DNA of 64,000 nucleotides from IMG/VR virus record IMGVR_UViG_3300034066_002191. One strand, 5' to 3'. The position numbers and the translations under genes are program-made. The notes below the pieces were generated by a model, which saw only the letters and a list, made by a program, of their open reading frames with translations, was not told the DNA's origin and did no database searches. The first letter of the stretch is position 1; every line of letters begins with the position of its first letter. Positions 1 to 12,800 of this stretch are shown here, piece by piece. The DNA comes from a virus.

Positions 1-3000
1 CACCTTGAACACCTTGAGGTCCTGTTGGTCCTGTGGCACCTTGAACACCTTGAGGTCCAGTTGGTCCTGTGGCACCTTGAGCACCCTGGCGACCTTGAGC
101 ACCTTGAACGCCCTGAGGTCCAGTTGGTCCCGTAGCACCTTGAACACCTTGAGGTCCGGTGGGTCCCGTAGCACCTTGAACACCTTGAGGTCCTGTTGGT
201 CCTGTGGCACCTTGAACACCTTGAGGTCCTGTTGGTCCTGTGGCACCTTGAACACCTTGAGGTCCAGTTGGTCCTGTGGCACCTTGAGCACCCTGGCGAC
301 CTTGAGCACCTTGAACACCTTGAGGTCCGGTGGGTCCCGTAGCACCTTGAACACCTTGAGGTCCTGTTGGTCCTGTTGGTCCTGTGGCACCTGTGGATCC
401 TCCTGCACCTTGGACTCCTTGAGAACCTTGGACACCTTGGGCACCTTGAACTCCTTGTGCTCCTTGGACTCCTTGAGCACCTTGGACACCCTGAGCACCT
501 TGAACACCTTGTGCACCTTGATTGCCAGTTCTTGAAAAACTTACTGTAATTGCAGTATTATTTGTGGGTAATGTACCTGATAAGTGGGAAACTGGAATCT
601 TATAATATCCCGCTGCTACTGTAACAGCACCAGTAACACTCCAAATATTCACCACAGTACTTCCTGGTGCTGCCCCTTGAATTGTTAAGTAACCTTCTTG
701 ACCTGGGTTAGTTGAATCATCCCAAGTATCGTACCAAGTCGTTTGAACATTAGAGTTTGCATCATTATTGTCAATATAAATGAATGTTACTGACCCTATT
801 GTTGCATTATTGTACTGAAGAATACCATTACCGGGATCAGCATCTGTTGTTGTTGTACTAAAAGTATAACGAACTCCTCCAGTATTTCCTGTAGCACCCT
901 GGACTCCTTGTGCTCCCTGGACACCTTGAGCACCCTGGAATCCTTGTGCTCCCTGAACTCCTTGTGCTCCTTGAACACCTTGAGCACCTTGAGCACCTTG
1001 AACACCTTGTGCACCTTGAGCTCCAACGGCACCCTGGACTCCTTGGACTCCTTGTGCTCCTTGAACACCTTGAACTCCTTGAGCACCCTGAGCACCTTGG
1101 ACTCCTTGAGCACCTTGAACACCTTGAATACCTTGAGCACCCTGTGCTCCAACGGCACCTTGGACTCCTTGTGCTCCCTGGACACCTTGTGCTCCCTGGA
1201 CTCCTTGTGCTCCCTGGACACCTTGTGCTCCCTGGACACCTTGTGCTCCTTGAATACCTTGAGCACCCTGAGCACCCAAATCTCCAGTTCTTAAGAACTG
1301 TATAGTCAATGGAGTTGTATCAGATGGTAATGAACCCGATACGTGTGCTACTGAAATCTTATAATATCCTGCTGCAACAGTAACTGCTCCAGTAACTCTA
1401 AAGATATTATTTACAGTGCTATTTCCTATAGCACCTTGAATTACTAAAAATCCTCTCGTTGCTGTTGTAGTTGAATCGTCCCAAGTGTCATACCAAGTAG
1501 TTTGTGCATTTGAATTGGAATCATTATTATCAATAAAAATTTGGTTAACTGAACCTATAGTAGCGTTGTTATATCTTATAGTTCCATTACCCGGATCAGC
1601 ATCAGTAATTGTTGTGCTAAAGATGTATGGAGTGCCGCCACGATTTCCTGTTGCTCCCTGGACACCTTGAGCACCTTGAATACCTTGTGCTCCCTGGACA
1701 CCTTGAGCACCCTGAACTCCTTGAGCGCCTTGGACACCTTGAGCACCTTGGACTCCTTGTGCTCCTTGAACTCCTTGTGCTCCCTGGACACCTTGAGCCC
1801 CTTGAACTCCTTGAGCACCCTGAACACCTTGTGCTCCCTGGACACCTTGAGCACCCTGAACTCCTTGAGCACCTTGAACTCCCTGGAATCCTTGAGCCCC
1901 TTGAACTCCTTGAGCACCTTGTGCTCCCTGAACACCCTGGAATCCTTGAGCACCTTGGACCCCTTGAGCACCTTGTGCTCCTTGACGACCTTGGGCACCT
2001 TGAATACCTTGAAGAGCAACCTGTTGAATATTTGCCCAAGAAACCCCAGCACCAGTAGAAATAAGAACCGAAGAAGCAGTACCTACTTGTCCATAAAAAT
2101 CTCTTAGAGAAGAATCAAGTTCTACTAATCCAACAAATGTAGAAACTCCAGAAACACTTAATTGTGGAGTGCTTACTGTAGAATCGGTAACTTGCATTCC
2201 TCCAGCAGCAAGTCTTACTCCCAATGGAATTTGTGTAGAACCAATACCAACACCATAATTAAATATCCAAGCATCAGTATTGAGTCCAGTAAAACTACCG
2301 GACCTGAACCACATCAATTGCTTATAAGTATCTGGTGTTACTTCTCCTGCAGTAGATAATCTAATTAATGGACTACCTACAGTAGAAGCAATTGCAATAC
2401 CACCAGTATTTGCTGTTATGTCTGTAGAAGTATCATTACCAAGAGCGTCAGTAACAATACCAACTACAAGATCCTTATCCTTGATTCTGAGTTCATTAGA
2501 TACAATATATGATGATGTACCACCAATTGTAATGTTACCACCAACATAAAGATTAGAACCATCAAAAGTTAAATTGGCAGATCCAGTTGGATTATTAGAA
2601 CCATCTTTATAGACAACTTGATTTGCAGATCCTGCTACTGGTCCTGTTGCACCTTGAGCACCTTGAGCACCCTGGATACCTTGGAATCCTTGAGCACCTT
2701 GGACCCCCTGAGCACCTTGGGCACCTTGAATACCTTGAGCACCTTGAGCACCTTGAATACCTTGAGAACCCTGGATACCTTGAGCACCCTGGATACCTTG
2801 AGAACCCTGAACTCCTTGAGCACCTTGAGCACCTTGAGCACCTTGAATACCTTGAGAACCCTGGATACCTTGAGCACCCTGGATACCTTGAGAACCCTGA
2901 ACTCCTTGAGCACCTTGAGCACCTTGAGTACCTTGAACTCCCTGGAATCCTTGAGCACCTTGAGCACCCTGGATACCTTGGAATCCTTGAGCACCTTGAG

Positions 3001-3538
3001 CACCCTGGATACCTTGGAATCCTTGAGCACCTTGTGCTCCAACAGCACCTTGAACTCCCTGAAATCCTTGAGCACCCTGGATACCTTGGAATCCTTGAGC
3101 ACCTTGAGCACCTTGAACTCCCTGGAATCCTTGAGCACCTTGAGCACCTTGAGCACCTTGAGTACCTTGTGCTCCAACAGCACCTTGTGCTCCTTGGAAT
3201 CCTTGAGCACCTTGTGCTCCTTGGAATCCTTGAGCACCTTGAGTACCTTGAACTCCCTGGATACCTTGGAATCCTTGAGCACCTTGAGCACCTTGTGCTC
3301 CAACAGCACCTTGAACTCCCTGGAATCCTTGAGCACCTTGTGCTCCTTGAGGTCCTTGAGGTCCTTGATTACCAATAGAAATAACTGTTGTTCCTACTCC
3401 TACTCCACCAGTATCTTGGCGAATAAAGACTTTACCATCATAATGGTTAATAGCTATTTCTCCAAGACCTAATTGTTCATTGGTTGGTACTTTTCCTTGA
3501 ACAGTAGATCTTTTAACTCTTATGATAGGATCAGACAT
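1..3538 (-). CDS. Collagen-like (G-X-Q) tail fibre protein, 3' end beyond window start
   Basis: Not in the ORF track because there is no stop in the window. ATG at 3538 gives [41 protein letters not shown]. The frame matches G-A/V-Q triplets at position 1; four collagen blocks are separated by globular domains. ATAAATA late motif upstream. Confidence 0.9.
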   Translation of the reverse strand, partial: MSDPIIRVKRSTVQGKVPTNEQLGLGEIAINHYDGKVFIRQDTGGVGVGTTVISIGNQGPQGPQGAQGAQGFQGVQGAVGAQGAQGAQGFQGIQGVQGTQGAQGFQGAQGAQGFQGAQGAVGAQGTQGAQGAQGAQGFQGVQGAQGAQGFQGIQGAQGFQGVQGAVGAQGAQGFQGIQGAQGAQGFQGIQGAQGAQGFQGVQGTQGAQGAQGVQGSQGIQGAQGIQGSQGIQGAQGAQGAQGVQGSQGIQGAQGIQGSQGIQGAQGAQGIQGAQGAQGVQGAQGFQGIQGAQGAQGATGPVAGSANQVVYKDGSNNPTGSANLTFDGSNLYVGGNITIGGTSSYIVSNELRIKDKDLVVGIVTDALGNDTSTDITANTGGIAIASTVGSPLIRLSTAGEVTPDTYKQLMWFRSGSFTGLNTDAWIFNYGVGIGSTQIPLGVRLAAGGMQVTDSTVSTPQLSVSGVSTFVGLVELDSSLRDFYGQVGTASSVLISTGAGVSWANIQQVALQGIQGAQGRQGAQGAQGVQGAQGFQGVQGAQGAQGVQGAQGFQGVQGAQGVQGAQGVQGAQGVQGAQGVQGAQGVQGAQGVQGAQGVQGAQGVQGAQGVQGAQGVQGAQGIQGAQGVQGATGNRGGTPYIFSTTITDADPGNGTIRYNNATIGSVNQIFIDNNDSNSNAQTTWYDTWDDSTTTATRGFLVIQGAIGNSTVNNIFRVTGAVTVAAGYYKISVAHVSGSLPSDTTPLTIQFLRTGDLGAQGAQGIQGAQGVQGAQGVQGAQGVQGAQGVQGAQGVQGAVGAQGAQGIQGVQGAQGVQGAQGAQGVQGVQGAQGVQGVQGAVGAQGAQGVQGAQGAQGVQGAQGVQGAQGFQGAQGVQGAQGVQGATGNTGGVRYTFSTTTTDADPGNGILQYNNATIGSVTFIYIDNNDANSNVQTTWYDTWDDSTNPGQEGYLTIQGAAPGSTVVNIWSVTGAVTVAAGYYKIPVSHLSGTLPTNNTAITVSFSRTGNQGAQGVQGAQGVQGAQGVQGAQGVQGAQGVQGSQGVQGAGGSTGATGPTGPTGPQGVQGATGPTGPQGVQGAQGRQGAQGATGPTGPQGVQGATGPTGPQGVQGATGPTGPQGVQGATGPTGPQGVQGATGPTGPQGVQGAQGRQGAQGATGPTGPQGVQGATGPTGPQGVQG

Positions 3539-3565
3539 TTATCCACATAATGGTAGGAACCGTAG

Positions 3566-3585
3566 AAATCCTTATATAAGGATTT
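3566..3585. repeat. Perfect 20-bp palindrome AAATCCTTATATAAGGATTT in the fibre gene leader
   Basis: Reads the same on both strands; lies between the late motif (3590-3596) and ATG 3538. Confidence 0.75.
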
Positions 3586-3589
3586 TATA

Positions 3590-3596
3590 TATTTAT
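3590..3596 (-). promoter_or_regulatory. T4-type late promoter motif ATAAATA
   Basis: tatttat on the + strand, upstream of the fibre gene. The same motif recurs at 5146-5152, 13489-13496, 14991-14997, 23358-23364, 39051-39057, 47402-47408, 51399-51405, 55930-55936 and 60502-60508. Confidence 0.65.
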
Positions 3597-3784
3597 GAAA
3601 AATCTTCCTCTTGTTTTGATACTCTTTTAGGTTTTGATGATAATTTCACTATTTCTGCTTTTAATATGGAAACAGTGTTTGTAAGTTGTTCTACTTGAGT
3701 TTCTAATACAATATTAGTATTATACAATTCAAATGCTTTTTGTTGGTATTTTGCCAGTACTGCCCTTAAATCTTCTTCGGTCAT
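3593..3784 (-). CDS. Small coiled-coil hypothetical protein
   Basis: 63-aa ORF with heptad-like pattern, in operon orientation. Confidence 0.75.
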   Translation of the reverse strand: MTEEDLRAVLAKYQQKAFELYNTNIVLETQVEQLTNTVSILKAEIVKLSSKPKRVSKQEEDFS

Positions 3785-3833
3785 AAAAATACCCCCAGTT
3801 TCCTGAGGATATTTAGAATTTATTTAATTAATC

Positions 3834-5120
3834 TCAAAAAATTCCCGCATCCACCGTGATATTTTCTAGATATCTTGTTGATCCAGTGCAAGAAATAACT
3901 TGAGAAGTTCCTGCACAGTCAGTTACCCAAAGAGCACTGACTTCAATCGGCGCAAATGTAGAAACTGTAATTTGTGGATTGTCATTTCCCGATCCACCTC
4001 CATCACTAATTACAGAACCAAACTTAAATCTTGCATCTCCGTGCTCCCAAACAACTGCAGACTGTTTTGCACTGTCAGTAAAATAATTAAAGAGAACACC
4101 AAGATCCCAAGTAGTTGCAGAAGATGGGGCAGCACCATCAACCATTCCAAGTTGAATAGTACGATCTTCTACTGTTAATGATGTCGTATTAACTTGGGTT
4201 GTGTTTCCATTTACATAAAGATTTCCTTGAACTGTCAAATCATCAGCAATTGTAACATCATTTGCGGCAATCGTAATTGCAGTAGCACCAGTGTTTGATG
4301 ATTGAATTGTACCAGTTCTAATTGTTGGGGCACTTAAAGAAGTTCCAACAACAACATCATTTGGAAGACCAATCGTAACAGTTTGTCCAGAAACAGATGT
4401 TTCTACTTCACTTACAGTTCCGCTAATCGTTAATGCCTGGGATGTACTAACTGTGCTTGGACCACCGGTATCTGCATTAATACCAAGAGTTAAATCGACA
4501 TTTCCAATTTGAGTTCCAACATAATCAATAACAGCAGATGAAGTTGGAACAGAAGATGTTGAGGTTCCAGATCCAACTGCAGATGAGAATTGGGTGATAC
4601 CAACACCAGTTCCAACGGTCGTAACACCGGAAACATTAAGATTATTATCCAGATTAATTGTAATAGTATTATCAGTTACAGCAGTATTGATATTTGTACC
4701 ACCAACAAATGTGATGGTTGCACCAGTGCTGACATTATCTGGAGTTCCCGTATCTGCGGCGATGTTAATGTTACTAACAACTTGTTCCCAGGAAAGAACA
4801 CCAGATGCATTCGTTTTCAAAAAATACCCATCATTAATCGTTCCTGGAAGTGTATAAGTTACAATTCCAGCAAGAGTATCTGGTGACTTAACAGCAACAT
4901 AATTGCTTCCGTTTTTATCAACTAATTTTAATTTTAGCGCGTCGGTTCCATTTTCTCTTCCCCAATAACGATGAGAACCGAAGAACTTATTATTATTTGT
5001 TGTACTGTCAATACCAACATATAATTCAAAAGTATCTGTTGTAAGTGCTGGTTCACCTGCCTGTAAACCGGGCAGATTAGCGAAGGCACCTCTTTTAAAC
5101 TGAATTACTGGTGATGCCAT
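3834..5120 (-). CDS. Virion structural/tail fibre-associated protein
   Basis: N-terminal IQFKRG..LPGLQAGEPALTTDT motif typical of fibre N-termini; T/G/S-rich beta repeats. Confidence 0.75.
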   Translation of the reverse strand: MASPVIQFKRGAFANLPGLQAGEPALTTDTFELYVGIDSTTNNNKFFGSHRYWGRENGTDALKLKLVDKNGSNYVAVKSPDTLAGIVTYTLPGTINDGYFLKTNASGVLSWEQVVSNINIAADTGTPDNVSTGATITFVGGTNINTAVTDNTITINLDNNLNVSGVTTVGTGVGITQFSSAVGSGTSTSSVPTSSAVIDYVGTQIGNVDLTLGINADTGGPSTVSTSQALTISGTVSEVETSVSGQTVTIGLPNDVVVGTSLSAPTIRTGTIQSSNTGATAITIAANDVTIADDLTVQGNLYVNGNTTQVNTTSLTVEDRTIQLGMVDGAAPSSATTWDLGVLFNYFTDSAKQSAVVWEHGDARFKFGSVISDGGGSGNDNPQITVSTFAPIEVSALWVTDCAGTSQVISCTGSTRYLENITVDAGIF

Positions 5121-5157
5121 TCCTAATTCTATGCTTTTTAGTAATTATTTATCGAAA

Positions 5158-5481
5158 CTAAAAAGTACCTGCATCAAGATTAATTTTATTTTCAAGATCA
5201 ACTTCCAACTGATCAACAAATGCTGTTGGTATACCAGGAGAAGACGCTTCGGTAACTGCTTTTAGTAATATATCATCTGGATTTACTGGTGTATATTTTT
5301 GAGTAGATGCATCATACATAATGATATAATTATCACTCAGATTAGTAGTATCATAATCTTCTAAGTCTCCAAATTTAGCAGGCACTTGCACTCCTCCAGA
5401 TTGGGCAGTAATTTTAAATTGATTGTTATTATTTAATTTTACTGAAAATGTATTGTTGGTCTTTGTTACTTTTATGCTCAT
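5158..5481 (-). CDS. Hypothetical structural protein
   Basis: 107-aa ORF overlapping the upstream gene by 4 nt; ends LDAGTF, like the neighbour's VDAGIF. Confidence 0.7.
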   Translation of the reverse strand: MSIKVTKTNNTFSVKLNNNNQFKITAQSGGVQVPAKFGDLEDYDTTNLSDNYIIMYDASTQKYTPVNPDDILLKAVTEASSPGIPTAFVDQLEVDLENKINLDAGTF

Positions 5482-5813
5482 ATAGAAATAGTCTCCGAAA
5501 CGATTATCGAACCTTCAAAGACCTTAATAATTTTCCCACTTGTATTATGAGTAATAATGACATCGTAATAATTTCTACCTGCGGATAAAAGAGAAGTAGT
5601 TGCAGCATCCATCGAAATTTTAATTTCCCCTGTTGCTATCGTTATAGAAGTAGAAAACGATCTTGGGGATGTTGATGTTGAGTGTTTTCTTATTTTTGCA
5701 GCAGCTGCATAATTAGTAAGAGAAAAAATACTACTATCAGAATTAGTGACATTAAATACTGCCTCAAAATCAGTACCCTTTTCAATTGTGAGGTTTACTG
5801 TCGGAACTGACAT
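5478..5813 (-). CDS. Ig-like/BppU-type tail adaptor protein
   Basis: NLTIEKGTDF...GRNYYDVII...KVFEGSIIV pattern. Confidence 0.6.
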   Translation of the reverse strand: MSVPTVNLTIEKGTDFEAVFNVTNSDSSIFSLTNYAAAAKIRKHSTSTSPRSFSTSITIATGEIKISMDAATTSLLSAGRNYYDVIITHNTSGKIIKVFEGSIIVSETISI

Positions 5814-5828
5814 TTGATTCTTTTATTT

Positions 5829-8800
5829 TTATTTATTGTCAATTTTATAATTAAGTTCTTTTATCGCCTCGATAAGAACACCAATAATGCCGCTGTAATT
5901 TACGGTTTTATTTTCGTCTCCATCAACAAGTTCTGGGAGAATTTCTTCGAGCTCTTGTGCAATTACGCCGATAGATGGCTTTCCACTTGCTCTCCAATTA
6001 AACTTAACACCACGAAGTTTTTCAATAGTATTAAGTGCATTATTAATGGTCTCAATATTTTCTTTGAGTCTTATATCAGAACCAGAGTTGACATCTCCAG
6101 TAACAGTTAGTGTCCCTGTTGATGGGTTGAAACTAAATGCTGTTGCTGCAGTTCTTACAGATGGAGTTTGATTGGAACCAGCAGCAGCAACAAATACTGG
6201 ATAGAATGTTGCATTTGTTGTTACAGCAGTCGCATTGATTGCTGTCGAAGGTCCAGTAGCACCTTGTGGTCCTTGCAAACCTTGGGCACCTTGGGCACCT
6301 TGGGCACCTTGTGGTCCTTGTAGTCCCTGAGCACCTTGGGCACCTTGGCGACCTTGAGCTCCTTGTGGTCCAGGAACTGTACTTTCCGCACCTTGAGCAC
6401 CTTGGCGACCTTGAGCTCCCTGGACACCCTGAGCTCCTTGTGGTCCTGGTACTGAGCTGGCAGCACCAGTAGTACCCTGAACGCCTTGGTGGCCTTGGAA
6501 TCCCTGAAGTCCTTGTGGTCCCGTTATTCCTTGTGCGCCTTGTACGCCTTGTACGCCAAGACCTTGTGATCCTTGGACTCCCTGTGGGCCGGTAAAACCT
6601 TGAGCACCTTGACGACCTTGAGCACCTTGAGCTCCTTGTGGTCCTGGCACCGAACTTCCAGCTCCAGTGATACCTTGAGCGCCTTGAGCTCCTTGTGGTC
6701 CAGGAACTGTACTTGGTGCACCTTCAGCACCTTGACGACCTTGAGCACCTTGAGCACCTTGTGGTCCTGGAACTGTGCTTGCTGCACCAGTAGAACCTTG
6801 AGCACCTTGAGCTCCTTGTGGTCCTGGAACTGTACTTGGTGCACCTTGAGCACCTTGACGACCTTGAGCTCCCTGGACACCCTGAGCTCCTTGTGGTCCT
6901 GGTACTGAGCTGGCAGCACCACTAGCACCTTGAGCACCTTGAGCACCTTGAGCTCCTTGTGGTCCTGGAACTGTACTTGGTGCACCTTCAGCACCTTGAC
7001 GACCTTGTGCGCCTTGAGCACCTTGTGGTCCTGGAACTGTGCTTGCTGCACCAGTAGAACCTTGAGCACCTTGAGCTCCTTGTGGTCCGGTTAATCCGGT
7101 TCCACCTGCTGTTCCAGTAGCACCTTGAGCACCTTGGCGACCTTGTGCACCTTGAACGCCTTGTGGTCCTGGGGTTGTACTTGCAGCTCCAGTGGCACCT
7201 TGGGCACCTTGTGGGCCTTGTATACCTTGTGCACCCTGTGGGCCAGCGGATCCAGTTTCGCCTGATGTTCCAGTAGCGCCTTGAGCACCTTGGCGACCTT
7301 GTGTACCTTGAGCGCCTTGAGGTCCTGGAACTGTGCTTGCTGCGCCCTGGACACCTTGAGCACCTTGAGCGCCTTGTGCTCCGGTTAATCCGGTTCCACC
7401 TGCTGTTCCAGTTGCGCCCTGAACGCCTTGTGCGCCCTGTCTTCCTTGTGAACCTTGTATTCCTTGATGGCCCTGTGATCCCTGAGCTCCAGCAATTCCC
7501 TGAGCACCTTGTGGTCCTTGTGCTCCGGTTGATCCGGTTCCACCTGTTGTTCCAGTGGCACCCTGTATTCCTTGAGCTCCCTGCCTTCCTTGAGCCCCCT
7601 GGACTCCCTGAACTCCCTGTTCTCCTTGTTGTCCAATAATTCCTTGAGTTCCTTGTTCTCCTTGGGCTCCTTGTGCTCCTTCGGCACCTTGTATACCTTG
7701 AGAGCCTTGTCTTCCCTGAGACCCCTGAACTCCTTGTATACCTTGAGCGCCTTGTGGCCCTGGTAAGGTACTCGCTGCTCCAATTGCTCCTTGTGCACCT
7801 TGTGGTCCTGGCACTGTACTTGCCGCACCTTGGGCACCTTGGCGACCTTGAGCACCTTGTGGTCCTGGTACCGTACTTGCCGCACCCTGAGCACCCTGAG
7901 CACCTTGACTGCCTTGTGCACCTTGAGCTCCCACAATTCCTTGAGCTCCTTGTCGGCCTTGAGCTCCTTGTCGGCCTTGAAGTCCTTGTGGGCCTACTAT
8001 TGTACCAACATTATTCCAAGTAGATCCATCATATACCCACAAATCTCCACTTGCATCGTCAATAACTGAATTCCCAGAAACTGCTCCAGGGAAAGCATTA
8101 TTTAAAGTTGTTTGTGGATTATTAGGTGGATTAACATTTACATCTGCTACCGAACCAATAATTGTTACTGATGTTCCAGCACTACCTTGAATACCTTGAG
8201 CGCCTTGAACTCCTTGGAATCCCTGAGAGCCTTGGACGCCCTGCATCCCTTGGGCTCCCTGAACGCCCTGAGCGCCAGTAGACCCCTGTGCACCTTGAAC
8301 TCCTTGGATGCCCTGAGCTCCCTGGACACCTTGCGCTCCCTGAGCTCCCTGCGCTCCCTGAGCTCCCTGCGCTCCCTGTGTTCCTTGTACTCCTTGTACT
8401 CCTTGGAATCCTTGTTCTCCTTGGAATCCTTGTTCTCCTTGGAATCCCTGAGAACCTTGACGACCTTGGGCTCCCTGGACACCTTGGGCGCCTTGTACTC
8501 CTTGAAGTCCTTGTGGACCTAAATTTCCAACTTCTCCAGGAGCACCCTGTCTTCCCTGAGCCCCTTGGACACCTTGTGATCCTTGGATTCCCTGAGATCC
8601 CTGAACTCCTTGGAGTCCCTGTGCTCCTTGTGGACCAGGAACTGTACTTTCTATCCCCTGAAATCCTTGAGCGCCTTGAGCACCTTGTCTTCCCTGAGAC
8701 CCTTGTATCCCCTGAAAGCCTTGGGCACCTATTAAATCGTCAACTGATCCCCATTCTACGCTAGTTCCAGTAGTTCTTATATACTGACCTGGGCCACCAA

Positions 8801-9518
8801 AGGAAGATTCAATACTTATTGCTCTGACATCAAGAATATCAGTAGTTAATGTGTCATCTACTATTACCGTATCAAATGTAGAAGAAGATGAAGTTAAATC
8901 TGAAGTAATTATTGCGCCATTAGATCTTAAATTTGCTACTGTGGCAAATCCAGAAATATTTACATCGCCATTAACATCTAAAGCTGCTCTTGGTGATTCG
9001 GATCGTATTCCCACTCTATTATTTGTGGGATTGTATGTGAATTGATTGGAGCCAGCTAAAAATCCATTAGAACCTTTATACTGAATATTACCAATATTGC
9101 CAGCTGCTCCAACATCAGTTACTGTTATTCGAACATCTACTGAACTAGAGCCCGCTCCAACCCAAGAAGCTGGGCTTGTTATGGTCACACCAGATCCAAC
9201 AAAATTTATATCATTGATTTGGTTAACTGAACCAACAACAACTCCTTCATCACGAACTGTAATTGCACCTGGAGTTAGTACCCCACCAGAAATAATATTG
9301 GTCTGTTTTGCCCAATATCGATTTCCAGATCCATCAGAAGCAACAAAGTATAAATTACTAAAATTTCCAGTATATGGCTTTGCAGTAACAGAAGATGGAC
9401 CAATTAAAGGATCTCCTAGGTCCGGTTCTGCCTGTTCCAAACCTAGAAATTCGTATCGATCACTCGTGATTCCTGATTGTGGAGTTTTTTTAACTCTTCC
9501 TGAGATTATTTTAGCCAT
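5829..9518 (-). CDS. Collagen-like tail fibre with C-terminal peptidase S74 intramolecular chaperone
   Basis: Long G-X-Q repeats; C-terminus [12 protein letters not shown]...[15 protein letters not shown]...[17 protein letters not shown]. Confidence 0.9.
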   Translation of the reverse strand: MAKIISGRVKKTPQSGITSDRYEFLGLEQAEPDLGDPLIGPSSVTAKPYTGNFSNLYFVASDGSGNRYWAKQTNIISGGVLTPGAITVRDEGVVVGSVNQINDINFVGSGVTITSPASWVGAGSSSVDVRITVTDVGAAGNIGNIQYKGSNGFLAGSNQFTYNPTNNRVGIRSESPRAALDVNGDVNISGFATVANLRSNGAIITSDLTSSSSTFDTVIVDDTLTTDILDVRAISIESSFGGPGQYIRTTGTSVEWGSVDDLIGAQGFQGIQGSQGRQGAQGAQGFQGIESTVPGPQGAQGLQGVQGSQGIQGSQGVQGAQGRQGAPGEVGNLGPQGLQGVQGAQGVQGAQGRQGSQGFQGEQGFQGEQGFQGVQGVQGTQGAQGAQGAQGAQGAQGVQGAQGIQGVQGAQGSTGAQGVQGAQGMQGVQGSQGFQGVQGAQGIQGSAGTSVTIIGSVADVNVNPPNNPQTTLNNAFPGAVSGNSVIDDASGDLWVYDGSTWNNVGTIVGPQGLQGRQGAQGRQGAQGIVGAQGAQGSQGAQGAQGAASTVPGPQGAQGRQGAQGAASTVPGPQGAQGAIGAASTLPGPQGAQGIQGVQGSQGRQGSQGIQGAEGAQGAQGEQGTQGIIGQQGEQGVQGVQGAQGRQGAQGIQGATGTTGGTGSTGAQGPQGAQGIAGAQGSQGHQGIQGSQGRQGAQGVQGATGTAGGTGLTGAQGAQGAQGVQGAASTVPGPQGAQGTQGRQGAQGATGTSGETGSAGPQGAQGIQGPQGAQGATGAASTTPGPQGVQGAQGRQGAQGATGTAGGTGLTGPQGAQGAQGSTGAASTVPGPQGAQGAQGRQGAEGAPSTVPGPQGAQGAQGAQGASGAASSVPGPQGAQGVQGAQGRQGAQGAPSTVPGPQGAQGAQGSTGAASTVPGPQGAQGAQGRQGAEGAPSTVPGPQGAQGAQGITGAGSSVPGPQGAQGAQGRQGAQGFTGPQGVQGSQGLGVQGVQGAQGITGPQGLQGFQGHQGVQGTTGAASSVPGPQGAQGVQGAQGRQGAQGAESTVPGPQGAQGRQGAQGAQGLQGPQGAQGAQGAQGLQGPQGATGPSTAINATAVTTNATFYPVFVAAAGSNQTPSVRTAATAFSFNPSTGTLTVTGDVNSGSDIRLKENIETINNALNTIEKLRGVKFNWRASGKPSIGVIAQELEEILPELVDGDENKTVNYSGIIGVLIEAIKELNYKIDNK

Positions 9519-9525
9519 TTACTTA

Positions 9526-9873
9526 TTATTTTGCTGTTTCGAGGACACTTAATACAATGTTCAATTCATTATTTCCAGTCGCCTGTACTTTAATGATGTC
9601 ATTAGTCTCTAGTGCTAATCTACCATCAGGAACTAAACTTACACTATCATTTGGGGGAACATACGCACCATTTGTGAACTTATAATCTATTGGAGTTTCA
9701 CCTGGACGAGAATGTATTGCAGTAACCTGAGATGTGGTATCTGCCGTCAAATTGGTGACCTGAGCTAAAATAATAATAGAAGAAACACCAGCTGGACAGG
9801 TATAGATACCAACACTACTTGTTGATATATTTTTTCGAATTGTTTTAAAACTGTTAAGTGCTACTGCTGCCAT
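9526..9873 (-). CDS. Hypothetical structural protein
   Basis: 115-aa beta-rich ORF within the operon. Confidence 0.75.
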   Translation of the reverse strand: MAAVALNSFKTIRKNISTSSVGIYTCPAGVSSIIILAQVTNLTADTTSQVTAIHSRPGETPIDYKFTNGAYVPPNDSVSLVPDGRLALETNDIIKVQATGNNELNIVLSVLETAK

Positions 9874-9875
9874 TT

Positions 9876-12800
9876 TTATTTACCTAATGCAATGATGAGT
9901 GGAGTTACTGTACTTATAATATTTTGTTCTGCCGCTCTACCAGAAATCGTTCCTGTCAATTGATTTACAGTGAAATCGTCGCCAATTCTAAAGTTTCCTG
10001 CCTGATCTGTACTAGTATAAACAACTTGACCACCATTTAATTTGATAACTTCATTTTCTTGAATTGTCACTCCACCAAGAGCAGGTTTTGCGGTATTAAT
10101 GTTGTTTCCTGAACCAACCCATTCAAATGAATGGGATGATGCAATTTGAAGACTCAAACGATTTAAATAAACAGTAGTTCCAATACTTACTGTATTATTT
10201 AGATTTGTATTAAGAGTAACTGTAGATATTCCTGCACTAGGTAAAGTTGCTGATTCTACTGTATAATAAATTGGATTCAAATTCAGCTGCGCAGTTGCGG
10301 TTACGCCTACGCCAGTTGGACCACCAATTACAATTGACGGAGAATCGATCAGTCTATATTGAGAACCAGTACTAATAATATCGATAGAAGTCACAGAACC
10401 ATTGGAAATATTTGCAGTTGCTTCTGCACGAATTCCATTGGGTCCATTTGGAAAGTCGATAATTACCGATGGCACTTGTGTATATCCAGAACCACCATTA
10501 GTAATTGAAATACTTTGTACTGTATAATATAGCTCACCAAAATGTAATGTTTGGCCGTCATAAGGTCTCAAATTTCCAATGCCAGAAACTTCAATGATCG
10601 ATTGACTATCTTGTGCATCGGTGTTTGCAATGCCAGTATAACGATAAATTGACTTGGTATTATTGTCTCCGACGCCATCACTTACTAAGCCTTTTGTACC
10701 AAATGAAGAGTTGGAGTTTGTGATATCGCACTGACCACCAGAACTAGTAAAGATTGCAATATCATCGCAAATGGTGAAGATGGAAACCAATTGTGAGTAA
10801 GCACCATTAGTAATTGAAACTCCAATACCACCTTGATTGTATTGAGTATATGAATCAACACTCATGGTTCCAGTTACACCGATATCATTCTGATCGCCTG
10901 GCTCCGCATCAAATCCATCGACTTTCATTCCAATACTACCAGGAACAAAATTCGTACAGTTTCTAATGTAGGGACCTTGAGTAATTGGGCCAACACCTGG
11001 AGAATATGGTGGAAATACCACGCCACCACTCACATAAGTATGTGGAATTGTAGAAACCCCAGTGTTGACGACAAAAGTAGTTCCGGTTCCTATCACCTGA
11101 ATGACTTTGAAATCATATCCAAGATTTCCTGTTGGATATAAGGTAGTTGTTCCGGCACCACTAGTACAGGAAAATTTGAGATCGTGGAGTCTTACAAATT
11201 GACCAACTTTTACGATAGCACCAGGAGCAGTTATAGTCGTGATGCCAGTTGTATTGCTATAAGAAGCATTCGTGACATTAATTGCGCGATTCACTACAAA
11301 TCCACCACCAACATAATTATGAGAGATAGTGGAGACTCCAGTATTGATTACAAAAGAACCATTATTATTGACTGATATAACATCAAATTGATAACCATAA
11401 GCACCAGATGGATATTTTTGGGTTCCAATCGAACCTCCAGAAGTGCAATTGAAAACGAGATCTCTTACTTCTACAATATCTCCCGATTTAACAGATAATG
11501 TTGGTGCAAGTATTGTAGTTTCACCAGATATGTGATCATATATTGCGCTCGTAATGCCAATTACGGAACTAATTCCAACGCCAGAGTTTCCTGGGAAAGT
11601 AGTATTGATTCCGGCACCAAGAACGGATAGTCCTTGATTTAGTATTGTGGTTACGACACCAACACAAGAATAGATCGCAGAAACAACATTTGCACAAGAC
11701 CCAATATTTTCATTGGAACCAGTTGCAATGTCTGGTTGCATTGCAAGATCTTTGACTTGACTATATGTTGATTGGTAATTTCCAGTCCAAGAAACATTAT
11801 TGATACAAGAACGAGCAATGCCTGCAGAATATCTCAGGGCTTCAATTGTTGCTTCTTTTACGCTATATCCATTTATATCTGTTCCGGTGATATGAAGAAG
11901 TGAACCAGAATCATTAAAATAAGATTTGCCAGCACCAACACACTTGAGATTTCCACCTCTTGTGATATCATGGATAACAGATTTCATTACATCTTTAATG
12001 TCATCGCTACAGTCAGTTGGGTTTCCCGTAGGAACTACGAATGCCGGACTCTTATAATCTGTACTTGTCAAGTATCCTACTGTTTCTGAAGCAATGAAAT
12101 CTAGATTATAACGAATCATTCTTGCGGCATCAAAAAATCTATCAGTTGCGACTCCGGCAAGAGGTTGGAATGTAACAATAGAAGCTCCATTTGTCATTTC
12201 TGGTCCAATGAAGCTCAAATCTGTAATATGACAACTATTATTTACATAAAATAAGTCTCTGTCAGTGTACTTTGGAGTTACTACGCAATTTCGAAGTTCT
12301 GTACCCTCCACGGCAACTCTTTTGGACAAGTATATTGGATTTTCTTCTACATAAACACCAGGAAATACTTTTATGGTATCTCCTGGGAAAGCGATAGCTG
12401 CTGCTGCTTTAATTGTTCTCTTAGAATCACTTTCTGTAAGTCCACTGTTCGAATCATTTCCATTTTGAGTGACAAAAATAGTTTTTCCAATTGGGAAATA
12501 TGAGTCTACAGTTACAACACCTTTTCCTGGTAATTCTGTGGAGGATAATCTAACTCCTATACCAGCAGTAATTTGTGTGACGATTCCAGATAAAGCTTGA
12601 CCACTACCAAAATATGTAAGTGCATCTACTGTATTTGCAATGACAGTTTGTGCTACCGATACATTTGTTGCCGAAACAAATCCTACTGTGGCTATCCCAG
12701 AAACAGTTAATTGTGTTACTGATCCGATGCCACCAATTACATTTATTGATGTTGATGCGATTCCATTGAAAGTAGTTGCTGTGACAACACCAGTAAAAAT

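Noticed and set aside
5-3472. Many overlapping ORFs on both strands (LSTLNT, LEHLEH, VLKVLK repeats)
   Set aside because: Alternative-frame shadows of the 9-nt collagen repeat; the real gene is the minus-strand G-X-Q frame from 3538.
6221-8764. Nested repeat ORFs and a possible CRISPR or satellite array
   Set aside because: Shadows of collagen gene 5829..9518; there are no unique spacers between repeats and no cas genes.
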